Positions 38,970 through 48,301 of a DNA stretch of 64,000 bases are shown here, one piece after another. Below the pieces are notes generated by a model, which saw only the letters and a list, made by a program, of their open reading frames with translations, was not told the origin of the DNA and did not search any database. Numbering within the stretch: the stretch's first letter is position 1; every line of letters begins with the position of its first letter. This DNA comes from an uncultured bacterium (GTDB taxonomy: Bacteria; Verrucomicrobiota; Verrucomicrobiia; Verrucomicrobiales; DEV007), in NCBI GenBank assembly GCA_963977015.1, contig CAXBMO010000012.1:1-64000 (forward strand). The letters are read 5' to 3'. Position numbers and translations under genes: made by a program.

Positions 38970-39743
38970 ATGCAAACTCGCCGCTTCAAACTCACGATTG
39001 CCTACGACGGCCGCCCTTTCGAGGGGTGGCAGAGTCAGCCGAGCGGAAACACGGTGCAGGATCACCTGCTGAAGGCGGCGCGCGGGATTCATGCGGGCGT
39101 TTCCACGTTTCATGGTTCCGGACGAACCGACGCCGGAGTTCACGCCGAAGCGCAGATCGCTCATTTTGATGTGCCGGACGATTCGTCGATGGACGAAACC
39201 GCCTGGCTCCGCGCGTTGAACACGAAATTACCACCGACGATTCGAGTGATGCAGAGTCGCGAAGTGGATCGCGATTTTCACGCCCAGTTTGATGCGGCGG
39301 GCAAAACGTATCGGTATGAGTTGTTCACCGGGCCGGTTTTGCCTCCGCTTCTCGCGGGACTGTCCTGGCATGTTCGCAAAACGGTCGATTGGCCACGCCT
39401 GGTCGAGGCGGCGAATCTCTTTGCGGGCGAACACGATTTTGCGGCGTTTGCTGCGAACCGGGGTGACCCGAACTCAAATCCCGACAACACGCGGCGAACC
39501 ATCTACGAGATCGGGCAGGAACAGGATTCGGACGTCATTCGCCTGACGCTTCACGGCAGTGGCTTCCTCTATAAGATGGTGCGCCTCATCGTTGGTGGTG
39601 TGGTGCGGTGTGCGCAAGGCTCCCTTGAGCTCGAAGAATTGCAGCGCCTCCTTAATCAGCCGGAGTGCGGGGAAAAGTCGCCGTTGGCCGCCCCGCCGGA
39701 TGGCCTTTGCCTCGTGCGGGTCGATTACCCGCAAAGTTCCTGA
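38970..39743 (+). CDS. truA: tRNA pseudouridine(38-40) synthase TruA
   Basis: YDG..FEGWQ.Q, GRTDAGVHA, GEHDF, GFLYKMVR, APPDGL.L. Confidence 0.96.
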   Translation: MQTRRFKLTIAYDGRPFEGWQSQPSGNTVQDHLLKAARGIHAGVSTFHGSGRTDAGVHAEAQIAHFDVPDDSSMDETAWLRALNTKLPPTIRVMQSREVDRDFHAQFDAAGKTYRYELFTGPVLPPLLAGLSWHVRKTVDWPRLVEAANLFAGEHDFAAFAANRGDPNSNPDNTRRTIYEIGQEQDSDVIRLTLHGSGFLYKMVRLIVGGVVRCAQGSLELEELQRLLNQPECGEKSPLAAPPDGLCLVRVDYPQSS

Positions 39744-39744
39744 A

Positions 39745-40482
39745 TCACAGGACTTCGCCGCGAGGTTTGCTCGCTTCCCCGGTCTCGGTTTCTTCGCGCG
39801 GTTTCCCTTCGGGACGCCGCCCTTCGCGGTGATCGTCGCGATCTCCTTCCATGCGAGGGCGTCTTGGTTCTCCGTGTTCATCCCGGCGTCCTTCGGCGCG
39901 TTCCCGTTCCTCATGGCGGCGTCGCTCGTCTTCGGCGCGCTCGCGTGCTTCGGCCAATTCCCGTTGCACGCGTTCCAGCGCTTCGTGAATTCCCTGTTGA
40001 GCACGCTCCATGTGGTGGTCCAGATCGTCGGCGTGGAAACCGCGGCCATCGCCGAATCGAAAGAGAGGGCGCATTTCGCAGACTTCCCGCTCGCCGAGTT
40101 TCACGGAGGCGGTCTGCTCGGTTCCACGGCGCATGAAGGTCACATTCACATTGGCGCCAATGCCGGCGTTGCGAACGAGGACGGCGAGCTGATCCTGATT
40201 AACCAGGATCTGGTCGTCGATCTTGGTAAGGATGTCGTGGGTTTGCAGCATTTTCGCCGCCGGGCTGTCTGCGTGGACGTGATGGACGATCAGCCCGACT
40301 CCACGATTGATGCCGAGTTGAGCCCGCAGGCTTTCGTGAACGGGGCCGGTTGCGATTCCGAGGAACGCCTCTTTCTCCGGCTCATGATCCGATTCGTGAA
40401 GATGGGGACGGCCTCCCTCCTGGGCAAAGCTCACGCCGGAGGCGAAGATGAGGCAGGCGAGAACAAATGGGGTTTTGGTCAT
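39745..40482 (-). CDS. Secreted PDZ domain protein with charged low-complexity tail
   Basis: Signal peptide from ATG 40482, AFLGI, DSPAA..LQTHDIL, R/E-rich C-terminus. Confidence 0.85.
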   Translation of the reverse strand: MTKTPFVLACLIFASGVSFAQEGGRPHLHESDHEPEKEAFLGIATGPVHESLRAQLGINRGVGLIVHHVHADSPAAKMLQTHDILTKIDDQILVNQDQLAVLVRNAGIGANVNVTFMRRGTEQTASVKLGEREVCEMRPLFRFGDGRGFHADDLDHHMERAQQGIHEALERVQRELAEARERAEDERRRHEERERAEGRRDEHGEPRRPRMEGDRDDHREGRRPEGKPREETETGEASKPRGEVL

Positions 40483-40514
40483 GCTGATTCTGGTTTTGGG
40501 GTTTGGAAAACAGT

Positions 40515-41060
40515 CTAGTCGTGGCGAACGGGCACGTAGACGACGCGTTCGACGGGCACCGCATTCTTGTTGGAGCCGTTGCGATCGAGAACCTTGATCC
40601 GGATCTTCCACATCGGGCGACCGTGATCGTCCTCGACGATTCCGTCGTTTTCCTGACTTACGAGCACCTGATTCTTGAGCGTGAACGGTGAGGGATCGAC
40701 CCGGGGCGGGTTGCCCCAGATAATCAGCTCATCATCGGGGTCGCCAATCAGGCTGGCCATCGCCGGTTCGGACTCATCCGGTGAAAAGAAAAATTTGGCG
40801 GCAAACAATCCGACGACCAGTGCGGCGGCAGCGGCGACAAAGCCGGGTTTCCTCCAGAAGGGCACTTCGACCACGTTTTTGCGCGCAGTCGCCTCACTCA
40901 TCCGGGGCAACTCGGGAGGGGCCGGCGCGGAATCCAATTCCGACGCCGCCTGTCGAATGCGATCCTTCAAGCTGCTGGATGGAGCCAGCGGAGCCATGGA
41001 TCGCAACTCAAGCTCGAGAGCAGCCTCTGGGGGATCTAAAGGGGGGATATCTGCGTTCAT
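40515..41060 (-). CDS. Putative single-pass anti-sigma factor
   Basis: Overlaps the sigma gene by 4 nt; LELELRSMAP..PS..LKDRI N-terminus, one TM helix. Confidence 0.7.
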   Translation of the reverse strand: MNADIPPLDPPEAALELELRSMAPLAPSSSLKDRIRQAASELDSAPAPPELPRMSEATARKNVVEVPFWRKPGFVAAAAALVVGLFAAKFFFSPDESEPAMASLIGDPDDELIIWGNPPRVDPSPFTLKNQVLVSQENDGIVEDDHGRPMWKIRIKVLDRNGSNKNAVPVERVVYVPVRHD

Positions 41061-41596
41061 GCGGTCAATTCTTGAGCATCCAGCAGTTCGCCAAGTTTCT
41101 TCAGGGCGTAACGGTAACGGCTGGCTGCAGTATTAATGGAAATGCCGAGGGCTTCGCCGATTTCGCGAAATCCCAGTTCGCCCCAAACCCGCAGTTTCAG
41201 CACCTCGCGTTGATCTTCCGGCAACTGCTGGAGCGAACGTTCAATCGCTTCCTTGCGCTCCTGAGTCTCAAGGCGGTCTTCAAAGTAGCTGATGGGTTCG
41301 TGGTCCATGGTGCTGGTTTCCTCACGCTTTTGGCGACGTTCGCTACTGCGAATGCGGTCCAGAGCGGCCCACTTTACCGCCTGGTAAAGAATGGGAACCG
41401 GGTTTTCGTCGAATTGCTTCGGCGACTTGATCAGGCGGATAAACGCGTCTTGAACGGTGTCTTCCGCATCGGACATGCTGGGGAGCCACTGTCGTGCATA
41501 GAGCACCAGCGCCTTCGCATGCTTGTCGTAGAGTTGTTCCCAATCTAAATCCAAGGGTGGAGTAGGGTCGGTATTTGCAGGTATATCGTCTTCCAT
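41057..41596 (-). CDS. ECF RNA polymerase sigma factor
   Basis: DAEDTVQDAF region 2; LPEDQREVLKL..LGFREIGEALGISINTAASRYRYA region 4. Confidence 0.93.
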   Translation of the reverse strand: MEDDIPANTDPTPPLDLDWEQLYDKHAKALVLYARQWLPSMSDAEDTVQDAFIRLIKSPKQFDENPVPILYQAVKWAALDRIRSSERRQKREETSTMDHEPISYFEDRLETQERKEAIERSLQQLPEDQREVLKLRVWGELGFREIGEALGISINTAASRYRYALKKLGELLDAQELTA

Positions 41597-41608
41597 GGCC
41601 GCGTTTGT

Positions 41609-41636
41609 TTAGACGATGGTAAAAAAATGGATTGAG
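41609..41636 (-). promoter_or_regulatory. Putative autoregulatory ECF promoter CTCAATC-N14-CGTCTAA
   Basis: Ends 12 nt upstream of the sigma ATG; same CGTCTAA as 20001..20007. Confidence 0.5.
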
Positions 41637-41799
41637 TTTGAAATCGTACAAACTTTTCCGCCCTGGCGATAACCCAATTTGCCCCAAAAAGCGCCGCTTT
41701 TTGCCTCAATCCGGGGAAAGATCGTCCCCGGCACTCCCAAACCAAAAAATCCGCCCCATGCCGACTCCAGGCGCCGTGAGGCTCAAGGAGAAGGTAGGG

Positions 41800-41837
41800 G
41801 AAGGAAATGCCCTGTGCGCGGACGCGCAAAGAGCATT
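41800..41837 (-). terminator. Probable terminator of the cold-shock gene
   Basis: Minus strand AATGCTCTTTGCGC-GTCC-GCGCACAGGGCATT followed by a pyrimidine run, just after the stop at 41844. Confidence 0.6.
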
Positions 41838-41843
41838 CGCAAC

Positions 41844-42041
41844 TTAGACAGGTTTTACGTTCTCGGCGCGAGGTCCCTTAGGGCCGCTGCCTTCTGTAAA
41901 TTCCACGGACTGACCTTCTTGCAGATCGTCGAAACTGGCTCCATCAACTGATGATTGATGGAAGAACAAATCTCCCTTGCCGCTGTCAATGAATCCGAAG
42001 CCTTTGTCATAGATGAGCTTCTTGATTGTTCCTTGTGCCAT
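41844..42041 (-). CDS. Cold-shock protein (CspA family)
   Basis: KGFGFI (RNP1), LFFH (RNP2), GPKGPRAENV. Confidence 0.95.
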   Translation of the reverse strand: MAQGTIKKLIYDKGFGFIDSGKGDLFFHQSSVDGASFDDLQEGQSVEFTEGSGPKGPRAENVKPV

Positions 42042-42224
42042 AATAGTAGTAGTAGGTAGTTTTGTGATTCCCTCCCAACGTGGGAAGAAATCAGGACGGG
42101 TGCTTTAAGCGCGTTTGGCCGAAATGCACGCAGCATTGGAAGAAAAGAGCCGAATTTGGGCAAATCGGTGGAATTGGGTGACTTTTTTCCAAGATCGAAC
42201 CGCCGGTTCACGTTTTCTGGAGGT

Positions 42225-43574
42225 ATGAAAATCCTCAAATTCGTCGGGAAACTTCGTGGCGTTCTGGTTTTGGCAGCATGGTTGAGTGCGGGGACGTTGC
42301 TTCACGGCCAGACCGTCAAAGATCGTGAAGGCGCCGTCCGCAAGGACAAGGCGACGCTGGAGAACGACGAACGCTGGATTTACAACGATTACCGGGCCGC
42401 GTTGGAACAAGGAAAGGAGACCGGGAAACCGGTGATGGTCGTTTTGCGCTGTGTGCCCTGCCTCGCCTGTGCCGGATTCGACGGGGAGATTTTGCGGGAA
42501 CGGACCGAGCTGACGCCGTTGCTCGATCAATTCGTCTGCGTCCGCGTCATCAACGCGAATGACCTCGATCTATCGCTGTTCCAATTCGACTACGATCTTT
42601 CGTTCTCGACGCTGTTTTTCAATGGTGATGGCACGCTCTACGGTCGCTTTGGATCGTGGACGCACCAGGAGGACACCAATAACAAGGCCACCAACAGCAT
42701 GAAGGAGGCGCTTCAGGCGGTCCTTTCCCTTCACAAGGACTATCCGAACAACAAGGAAGCGCTTGCCGGCAAACAGTCCAAACCGCTTCCCTATCGCACA
42801 CCGGTCGCAATTCCGGCGCTCTCCGGCAAGTATGACGCCCAACTGAATTGGAATGGCGCCGTCGTCAAAAGTTGCGTGCATTGCCACCAGATTGGCGATG
42901 CGATGCGACTCGAATTTCGCAACAAACAGCAACCGATCCCTGACGAATGGTTGTTCCCGTTTCCGCAGCCGGAAGCCATCGGGCTCCATCTCGCTGAGGA
43001 CTCCCGCGCGAGGGTCGAATCCGTCGCGCCGGGATCGATTGCAGAAAGCGCGAAGCTGCGGCGGGGCGATGAGATCGTGACCCTGGCAGGCCAGCCGCTC
43101 ATCTCGATTGCGGACTTCAGTTGGGTGCTTCATCAGTCGGGAGACACGGACACGCTTGCGATGGAGGTCGTTCGCAGTGGCAAGAAGGGAACCCTTCAAC
43201 TGGAACTGACGGACGGCTGGCGTCGCAATCCCGATCACACCAAACGCGTTGGGACGTGGCCGATGCGCGGAATGGCGCTCGGCGGGATGAGGCTCGCGGA
43301 TCTCGACGAGAAAGACCGTTCACGATATCGAATGGAGGATGATCGTCTTGCTCTCAAAGTCCTGAGTGTCGGTAAATACGGCATGCACGGCGCCGCCAAG
43401 CGCATCGGTTTTCAACCGGACGACGTCATCGTTCGCGCGGACGGACAGGAGAATCGGATGACCGAAAAGCAGCTCATTGCCTACCTGATGCAGAACCACA
43501 ATCGCGGCAAAAAAGTCGATCTTACCGTGCTTCGAAATCGCAAAGAAGTGACGCTGCAGTTGCCGATGCAGTGA
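42225..43574 (+). CDS. Secreted thioredoxin-like/PDZ protein with CxxCH motif
   Basis: Signal peptide, GKPVMVVLRCVPCLAC, FQFDYDLSF, YGRFG, SCVHCH, two PDZ-like segments. Confidence 0.85.
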   Translation: MKILKFVGKLRGVLVLAAWLSAGTLLHGQTVKDREGAVRKDKATLENDERWIYNDYRAALEQGKETGKPVMVVLRCVPCLACAGFDGEILRERTELTPLLDQFVCVRVINANDLDLSLFQFDYDLSFSTLFFNGDGTLYGRFGSWTHQEDTNNKATNSMKEALQAVLSLHKDYPNNKEALAGKQSKPLPYRTPVAIPALSGKYDAQLNWNGAVVKSCVHCHQIGDAMRLEFRNKQQPIPDEWLFPFPQPEAIGLHLAEDSRARVESVAPGSIAESAKLRRGDEIVTLAGQPLISIADFSWVLHQSGDTDTLAMEVVRSGKKGTLQLELTDGWRRNPDHTKRVGTWPMRGMALGGMRLADLDEKDRSRYRMEDDRLALKVLSVGKYGMHGAAKRIGFQPDDVIVRADGQENRMTEKQLIAYLMQNHNRGKKVDLTVLRNRKEVTLQLPMQ

Positions 43575-43662
43575 ACGCCCCTCATGCCCAGGGCTGATTT
43601 GTTTCATTTCCGGCGGGAATGAAGGCTTGTTATCTCGGAGTTACGTTGGTTTGATGGAGGTA

Positions 43663-46600
43663 ATGCCGGAACCTGACAGCCCGAAAAAGCCGATCGTCCT
43701 TTTGATTCATGGGACGTTCGCGAATTTGCCGGATGCGGCGGTTGCGGACGATCACGGAGAAGAGGCGCCTTCGGTTTGGATGCGTCTGAAAGAAGCGTTC
43801 GGTGGGTCGGAAAAAATCGTCGAAGTCGAGACCTCGGATGAAGGTGAGGATTGGTGGCAGGTTGGAAGCCCGTTCTGGACGCAGATGAAGGAACGCCTCG
43901 CCAAGGACGGACTGACCCTGGCCGGCGACGAAGAAGTCTGGAAGCAGGATCCCGAGAACCTGGACGAAAACGGGAACCTGAAGGAACATCTCCGCACCTT
44001 CAAATGGTCGAGCGAGAACACCGAGCGAGCCCGCCACAAAGCGGGAAGGCGCCTGTTCGAACGAATTTTGGAATACGAGAGGGAAGGGCGGGAATACCAC
44101 CTGATTGGGCACAGCCATGGCGGTTCAACCGTTTGGATCGCGCTGCAGCAATCCATTCTGCGCCGCTGGAAAACGGCCAAAAATCAGGAGTTCACCAAAC
44201 TCTCCCGCCTCAAATCATGGGCGACGGTCGCGACTCCGTTTCTCCACTATCGCGGAACGAAAATCGGGAGTTGGTATGGCAAAGTCGCCACCGTCCTCAT
44301 GCTGGTGATCAGTCTGTTCATGGCAGGATGGATTGGGGTCAAAAAGATTGAGAGCTGGAGTGATACGGAGAATCCGCTGGGAGCGCTCCTTCAAAAAATG
44401 GAGGAAGCGCGGATAGCCAGGAGTCAGGACGCGAGACTATCAAACGCGCCCAAGTTTCCACTCCGCAACAAGGAGAGACCCCAGCCGCAGATACAGAACG
44501 CGGCGAAGCAGGCTCCGGCAATGCCCCAACACCAGCAGAGGCAGGATGAGGCGCCCGTGATTCCTGCCGCCCTGAAGGAGTCCATCTCCAAAATTGGATT
44601 CAAGGATGTTTTTGCAGCGGTCGTTGAAGTGGTCGTCGCCCTGATGCTTCTCGTGGCGCCGTTTCTCACCGTTTACCTCTGGGCGCGGGCCGCGCGGACG
44701 GAATCCCGCAATGTGTATCGGGAAACGCGAGCCCAGAATCAGGCCATGCTTGAATTCGGGAATCGGTGGTTGGGGATTTTTAGCACGGAAGACGAAGCGA
44801 TCAACGGCCTGCGTGCCACGACCTATCTTTCGGGAACGTCGATCGTGCCCAAAATCGAGATTCCGTCGGAAACGGTGTTTGATTCCGATCGGCTGATTCG
44901 CTTTTACCGCTTCTTCATTCGGGTTTTCATCGCACCGTTCTACAACCTGATTTTTGGACCTGCGGCGGACAACTATCTCATTGCCAAAGTGGCAAAAGGC
45001 GCTCAGGGGCACAACCGCATGGGTTGTAAATTGGTGGACGTGACCGAGGGGCCGATTCTGGTGGAAGGTTACCGCTATCCGCCCCTGCCCAAAGAGGTGA
45101 ATCAGGAGATTATTGATCAGGCCAACAACGCCATTGGAAAGCGTTCGAAGGAGATCCTGGTCAAAACCCGGACCGGGATTTCCCAATTTGCCTGGGGTGG
45201 ATCCGACTTGACGGCTGTGGTACACGATGTTGCCGATGAATTGCAGGGGGATGAGCTGGTGCACACCTCCTACTTCAACCATCCGTTTGTCGGGGAAGCG
45301 CTTTCGCTTCACGCGAGGGATTCGAGGGTGGAGGTTGAGCCTTTTGCCATAGAAAAAGTGGTGGAAGAGAAACTGACCTGGAAGCAACGCTTCGGCAAAG
45401 TCTTCAAAGGTATTGGCTGGGTCAGCCTCGGGTTTGGATTGGCGACGGTTTGTGTGATCGAAGCCATTGTTCAGAATTCGAATCGACCCGTCTACCTACT
45501 CAGCGCCCTCCTGTCGGGAATTGGGATCGGGGTCCTCGTCACGTCGTTTCGCAAACGGGCGATTCCGCCTCCCCGGTGGTCGATCATTGCGGGCCGGGCC
45601 GCGGGGCTTTTCATGATTTTCATCGCGGTATTCTACGGAGTCATCCGCCACCTTTTTCCGGATGTGTCCCTGGTGGCGCCCGTCGTGGATAACTTTCTGG
45701 ACAGCGAGTCGCCCATGGCTCATCCCGGATTGTTGTTCAGCATTTTCATCAGCTTGTCGGCCACGTTCTTCGCGGTGGGACTCTCCTACTTTCGAAGCAA
45801 TCCCCAGTGGTCCAAATCTGCGGGGCTCATCGCGTTTGCCCTGGTGGTGGCGAGCGTTTGGATGGCGGATTCAGCGACCGGCACGGATTGGGGACCAACG
45901 GTTACCTCGGCTGCGATCGTTTCCATTCTCTTCGGCTTCTACAAGGCCTTTTCACCGCTCAAACATGCGGAGGACGTGTTTTGCCCATTCGAGGTTAGAA
46001 AAGCAGCCTCCATCGACAAAGAACTTTTCCTGGATGTCGAACCGGAACCGCAGACCTGGCTGGCGGCACTCAAGAACGATATTCGCAGCAATTTGGGCAA
46101 ACAAGAAGGTGTGAAGTCGTACGCCCTGCCTCTCCTTGATACTGAGAATCGCATGGCAACGGTGACGGCCTGGCTCCTGATCGGGGGCGTTCTCTCGATG
46201 CTGCTGGGAATCTTCACGAGCGGATTTTTCCTGATGCTGGCCGGCATTGTCGCAATCCCCATCGCATGGCTCCTGTCGTTTCGCCCGGCGCTGAAGGCGA
46301 CTCGAGGAGCGCTGAAGGGCGGGCTGGCGCTCCTCAATCTCAACCTCATGTCCTTTGCCTTTATCACGGGCATCGTGTCACTGTTTACCTGGTTCATTTA
46401 CGACGAGTTCATTCGCATCCTGCCAGCGGAGAACTACTCCAATGTGGTCAGCTACACTTCTCCGAACGATGGGAAGCCGCGGTTGGCCGTCACCGAGCCA
46501 GGAAGGATTCTGCTGTGGAATCCTGAGACTCGAAACCAGATTGGCTCTGTTCTCGAAGGGTCGGGAAGGTACTTTGGCGAGTTCATTGAGATAAGCCCGG

Positions 46601-48282
46601 ATCACAAGTCCCTTGCCTGGGTTGATTATTCGTCGATCGAGATTTGGGATTTGGAGACGGAGACCGTTCGCGCGAAGCTGGAAGTGCCGACCGATGGCGA
46701 AGTTTCATGCGTTGCCTTTCGAGGGGATGGCGGAATGCTGGCAACCGGAGGGATGGACGGAAACCTGATGCTCTGGAATGCCGAAACGGGGAAGAAGATT
46801 GCCGGTCCTTTTCGTCTGCGGAAACCCATTCGCTCGATGGACTTCCACCCCACCCAACACCGGCTTGCGCTTGGGCTCGATGGGGGATCGATCGCGATTT
46901 GGGATACGGAATCGAGAGTTCAGATTGCGTCCGGCCCGATTCACTCCGGCGACGTCACCCATCTGGAATACTGGAACGAGAAAATCCTGAGTCTTGGTCG
47001 GAAAGGAAGTCTCAAGTACTCCGAACGGTTGGTTGATGGATCCCGCACGCTGGTCGATCGCGATCTTCCTCCCGAGTTGAAAGGGAAAAGCGAAGAGTTT
47101 TCGGCAACCATGCTGACAGCGTTCCCGGAAGCCAGGACTCTGGCGGTTGGTTTTACGGACAAAGAAGGCCATCCGTTTTTGCAGGTCCTTTCTTCAAGTA
47201 CGAAAGGCGAATGGCTGAAGCTTGCGTTAGGGCATACGCTCACCAGCCTCGGTCTTTTTCCCGGCAGCGACGAATTGTTCGTCCGAAGCTACGGAAGTGA
47301 GGTTCAACTTTGGAATCGATCGGACGGCAAAATGGTCGGGACGCTTGGCATGACCTTCTCGGCTGTCGATGTCGTGGCGTTGAGTCCTGACGGAGCCACT
47401 CTCGTTATCGGTTTTGGAGACGGGACCGTAAGGTTCCAGAGTGTGGAGACGGGGGAAGAACAGGGTCGTGTCCAAGGAATCATGTCCTCGACTCTCAATT
47501 CCGGTGAAGGAATCATTCCGATCTTCCAGGATGGTGCCATCGGGATGTGGAGTGCCGATACCGGCAACAAACTGAGCATCAGCATCCCAAATGAGGATGG
47601 CCGGCGAGTCTTTGCGTTAACGATGGTTCCGCCCGGTGGCATCTTTGCGACTTCGACGGGCGAGACCAGCGCCGTCTCGCTTTGGAGCGTTCGCACCGGA
47701 AAGGAGCTTCACAAGATCAGCGGATTTGAGGAATGGGTGATGACCGGAGCCTTCAACCCAGAGGGAACCATCCTGGCCATTGGGTTGGATGGCGGAACGG
47801 CGAGCTTGTGGGATGTCGCCACAGGGGAGAAACTCAGAGACTTGGATCCTGACTCCAGCTATTCGGACAAAATGGTATTCAGTCCTGATGGGGCGATCCT
47901 CGCGGTCACCACGCAGGATAATGAGGTGAGGCTATTTAACGGCGCCACCGGTGAAAGTCTCGCGCGCGGTCGATTGAGCGGGCACCACGAATCCTACGTG
48001 AATGCCCTGAAATTCAGTCCCGACAGTCAAACGCTCGCGACGGGTTCCTATGACAACACCGCGAAGTTGTGGAGCGTCGCGACTGGTGAGGAATTGAGAA
48101 CGTTGAGTGGGCATTCTGATTGGGTCAAGGATGTTGCTTTTGGTTCGGATGGCAAAATCGTCGTAACTTGCGCGGACGACGGCCTGGTGAAGCTCTGGGA
48201 TGTGGAAAGCGGAAACTTGATTCGAACGATCCATCAATTTCAGTTTGTGCCCACTCCGCCGGAGGAAAGTACATTTCAGTAA
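43663..48282 (+). CDS. Alpha/beta-hydrolase - multi-TM - WD40 repeat protein
   Basis: GGAGG just before ATG 43663; LIHGTF, GHSHGG, EDEA, VHTSYF; about 11 hydrophobic helices; many WD40 repeats (GHSDWVKDVAF..KLWD). Confidence 0.85.
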   Translation: MPEPDSPKKPIVLLIHGTFANLPDAAVADDHGEEAPSVWMRLKEAFGGSEKIVEVETSDEGEDWWQVGSPFWTQMKERLAKDGLTLAGDEEVWKQDPENLDENGNLKEHLRTFKWSSENTERARHKAGRRLFERILEYEREGREYHLIGHSHGGSTVWIALQQSILRRWKTAKNQEFTKLSRLKSWATVATPFLHYRGTKIGSWYGKVATVLMLVISLFMAGWIGVKKIESWSDTENPLGALLQKMEEARIARSQDARLSNAPKFPLRNKERPQPQIQNAAKQAPAMPQHQQRQDEAPVIPAALKESISKIGFKDVFAAVVEVVVALMLLVAPFLTVYLWARAARTESRNVYRETRAQNQAMLEFGNRWLGIFSTEDEAINGLRATTYLSGTSIVPKIEIPSETVFDSDRLIRFYRFFIRVFIAPFYNLIFGPAADNYLIAKVAKGAQGHNRMGCKLVDVTEGPILVEGYRYPPLPKEVNQEIIDQANNAIGKRSKEILVKTRTGISQFAWGGSDLTAVVHDVADELQGDELVHTSYFNHPFVGEALSLHARDSRVEVEPFAIEKVVEEKLTWKQRFGKVFKGIGWVSLGFGLATVCVIEAIVQNSNRPVYLLSALLSGIGIGVLVTSFRKRAIPPPRWSIIAGRAAGLFMIFIAVFYGVIRHLFPDVSLVAPVVDNFLDSESPMAHPGLLFSIFISLSATFFAVGLSYFRSNPQWSKSAGLIAFALVVASVWMADSATGTDWGPTVTSAAIVSILFGFYKAFSPLKHAEDVFCPFEVRKAASIDKELFLDVEPEPQTWLAALKNDIRSNLGKQEGVKSYALPLLDTENRMATVTAWLLIGGVLSMLLGIFTSGFFLMLAGIVAIPIAWLLSFRPALKATRGALKGGLALLNLNLMSFAFITGIVSLFTWFIYDEFIRILPAENYSNVVSYTSPNDGKPRLAVTEPGRILLWNPETRNQIGSVLEGSGRYFGEFIEISPDHKSLAWVDYSSIEIWDLETETVRAKLEVPTDGEVSCVAFRGDGGMLATGGMDGNLMLWNAETGKKIAGPFRLRKPIRSMDFHPTQHRLALGLDGGSIAIWDTESRVQIASGPIHSGDVTHLEYWNEKILSLGRKGSLKYSERLVDGSRTLVDRDLPPELKGKSEEFSATMLTAFPEARTLAVGFTDKEGHPFLQVLSSSTKGEWLKLALGHTLTSLGLFPGSDELFVRSYGSEVQLWNRSDGKMVGTLGMTFSAVDVVALSPDGATLVIGFGDGTVRFQSVETGEEQGRVQGIMSSTLNSGEGIIPIFQDGAIGMWSADTGNKLSISIPNEDGRRVFALTMVPPGGIFATSTGETSAVSLWSVRTGKELHKISGFEEWVMTGAFNPEGTILAIGLDGGTASLWDVATGEKLRDLDPDSSYSDKMVFSPDGAILAVTTQDNEVRLFNGATGESLARGRLSGHHESYVNALKFSPDSQTLATGSYDNTAKLWSVATGEELRTLSGHSDWVKDVAFGSDGKIVVTCADDGLVKLWDVESGNLIRTIHQFQFVPTPPEESTFQ

Positions 48283-48301
48283 CTGAACCCGCGCGGAATT
48301 C

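Noticed and set aside
42445-42475. Selenocysteine recoding in the thioredoxin/PDZ gene
   Set aside because: All motif positions are TGT/TGC; no in-frame TGA.
34095-48282. Split NLR-like system made of the pseudo-STAND protein and the lipase-WD40 protein
   Set aside because: About 8 kb apart, separated by housekeeping genes and on opposite strands; no sequence evidence of linkage.
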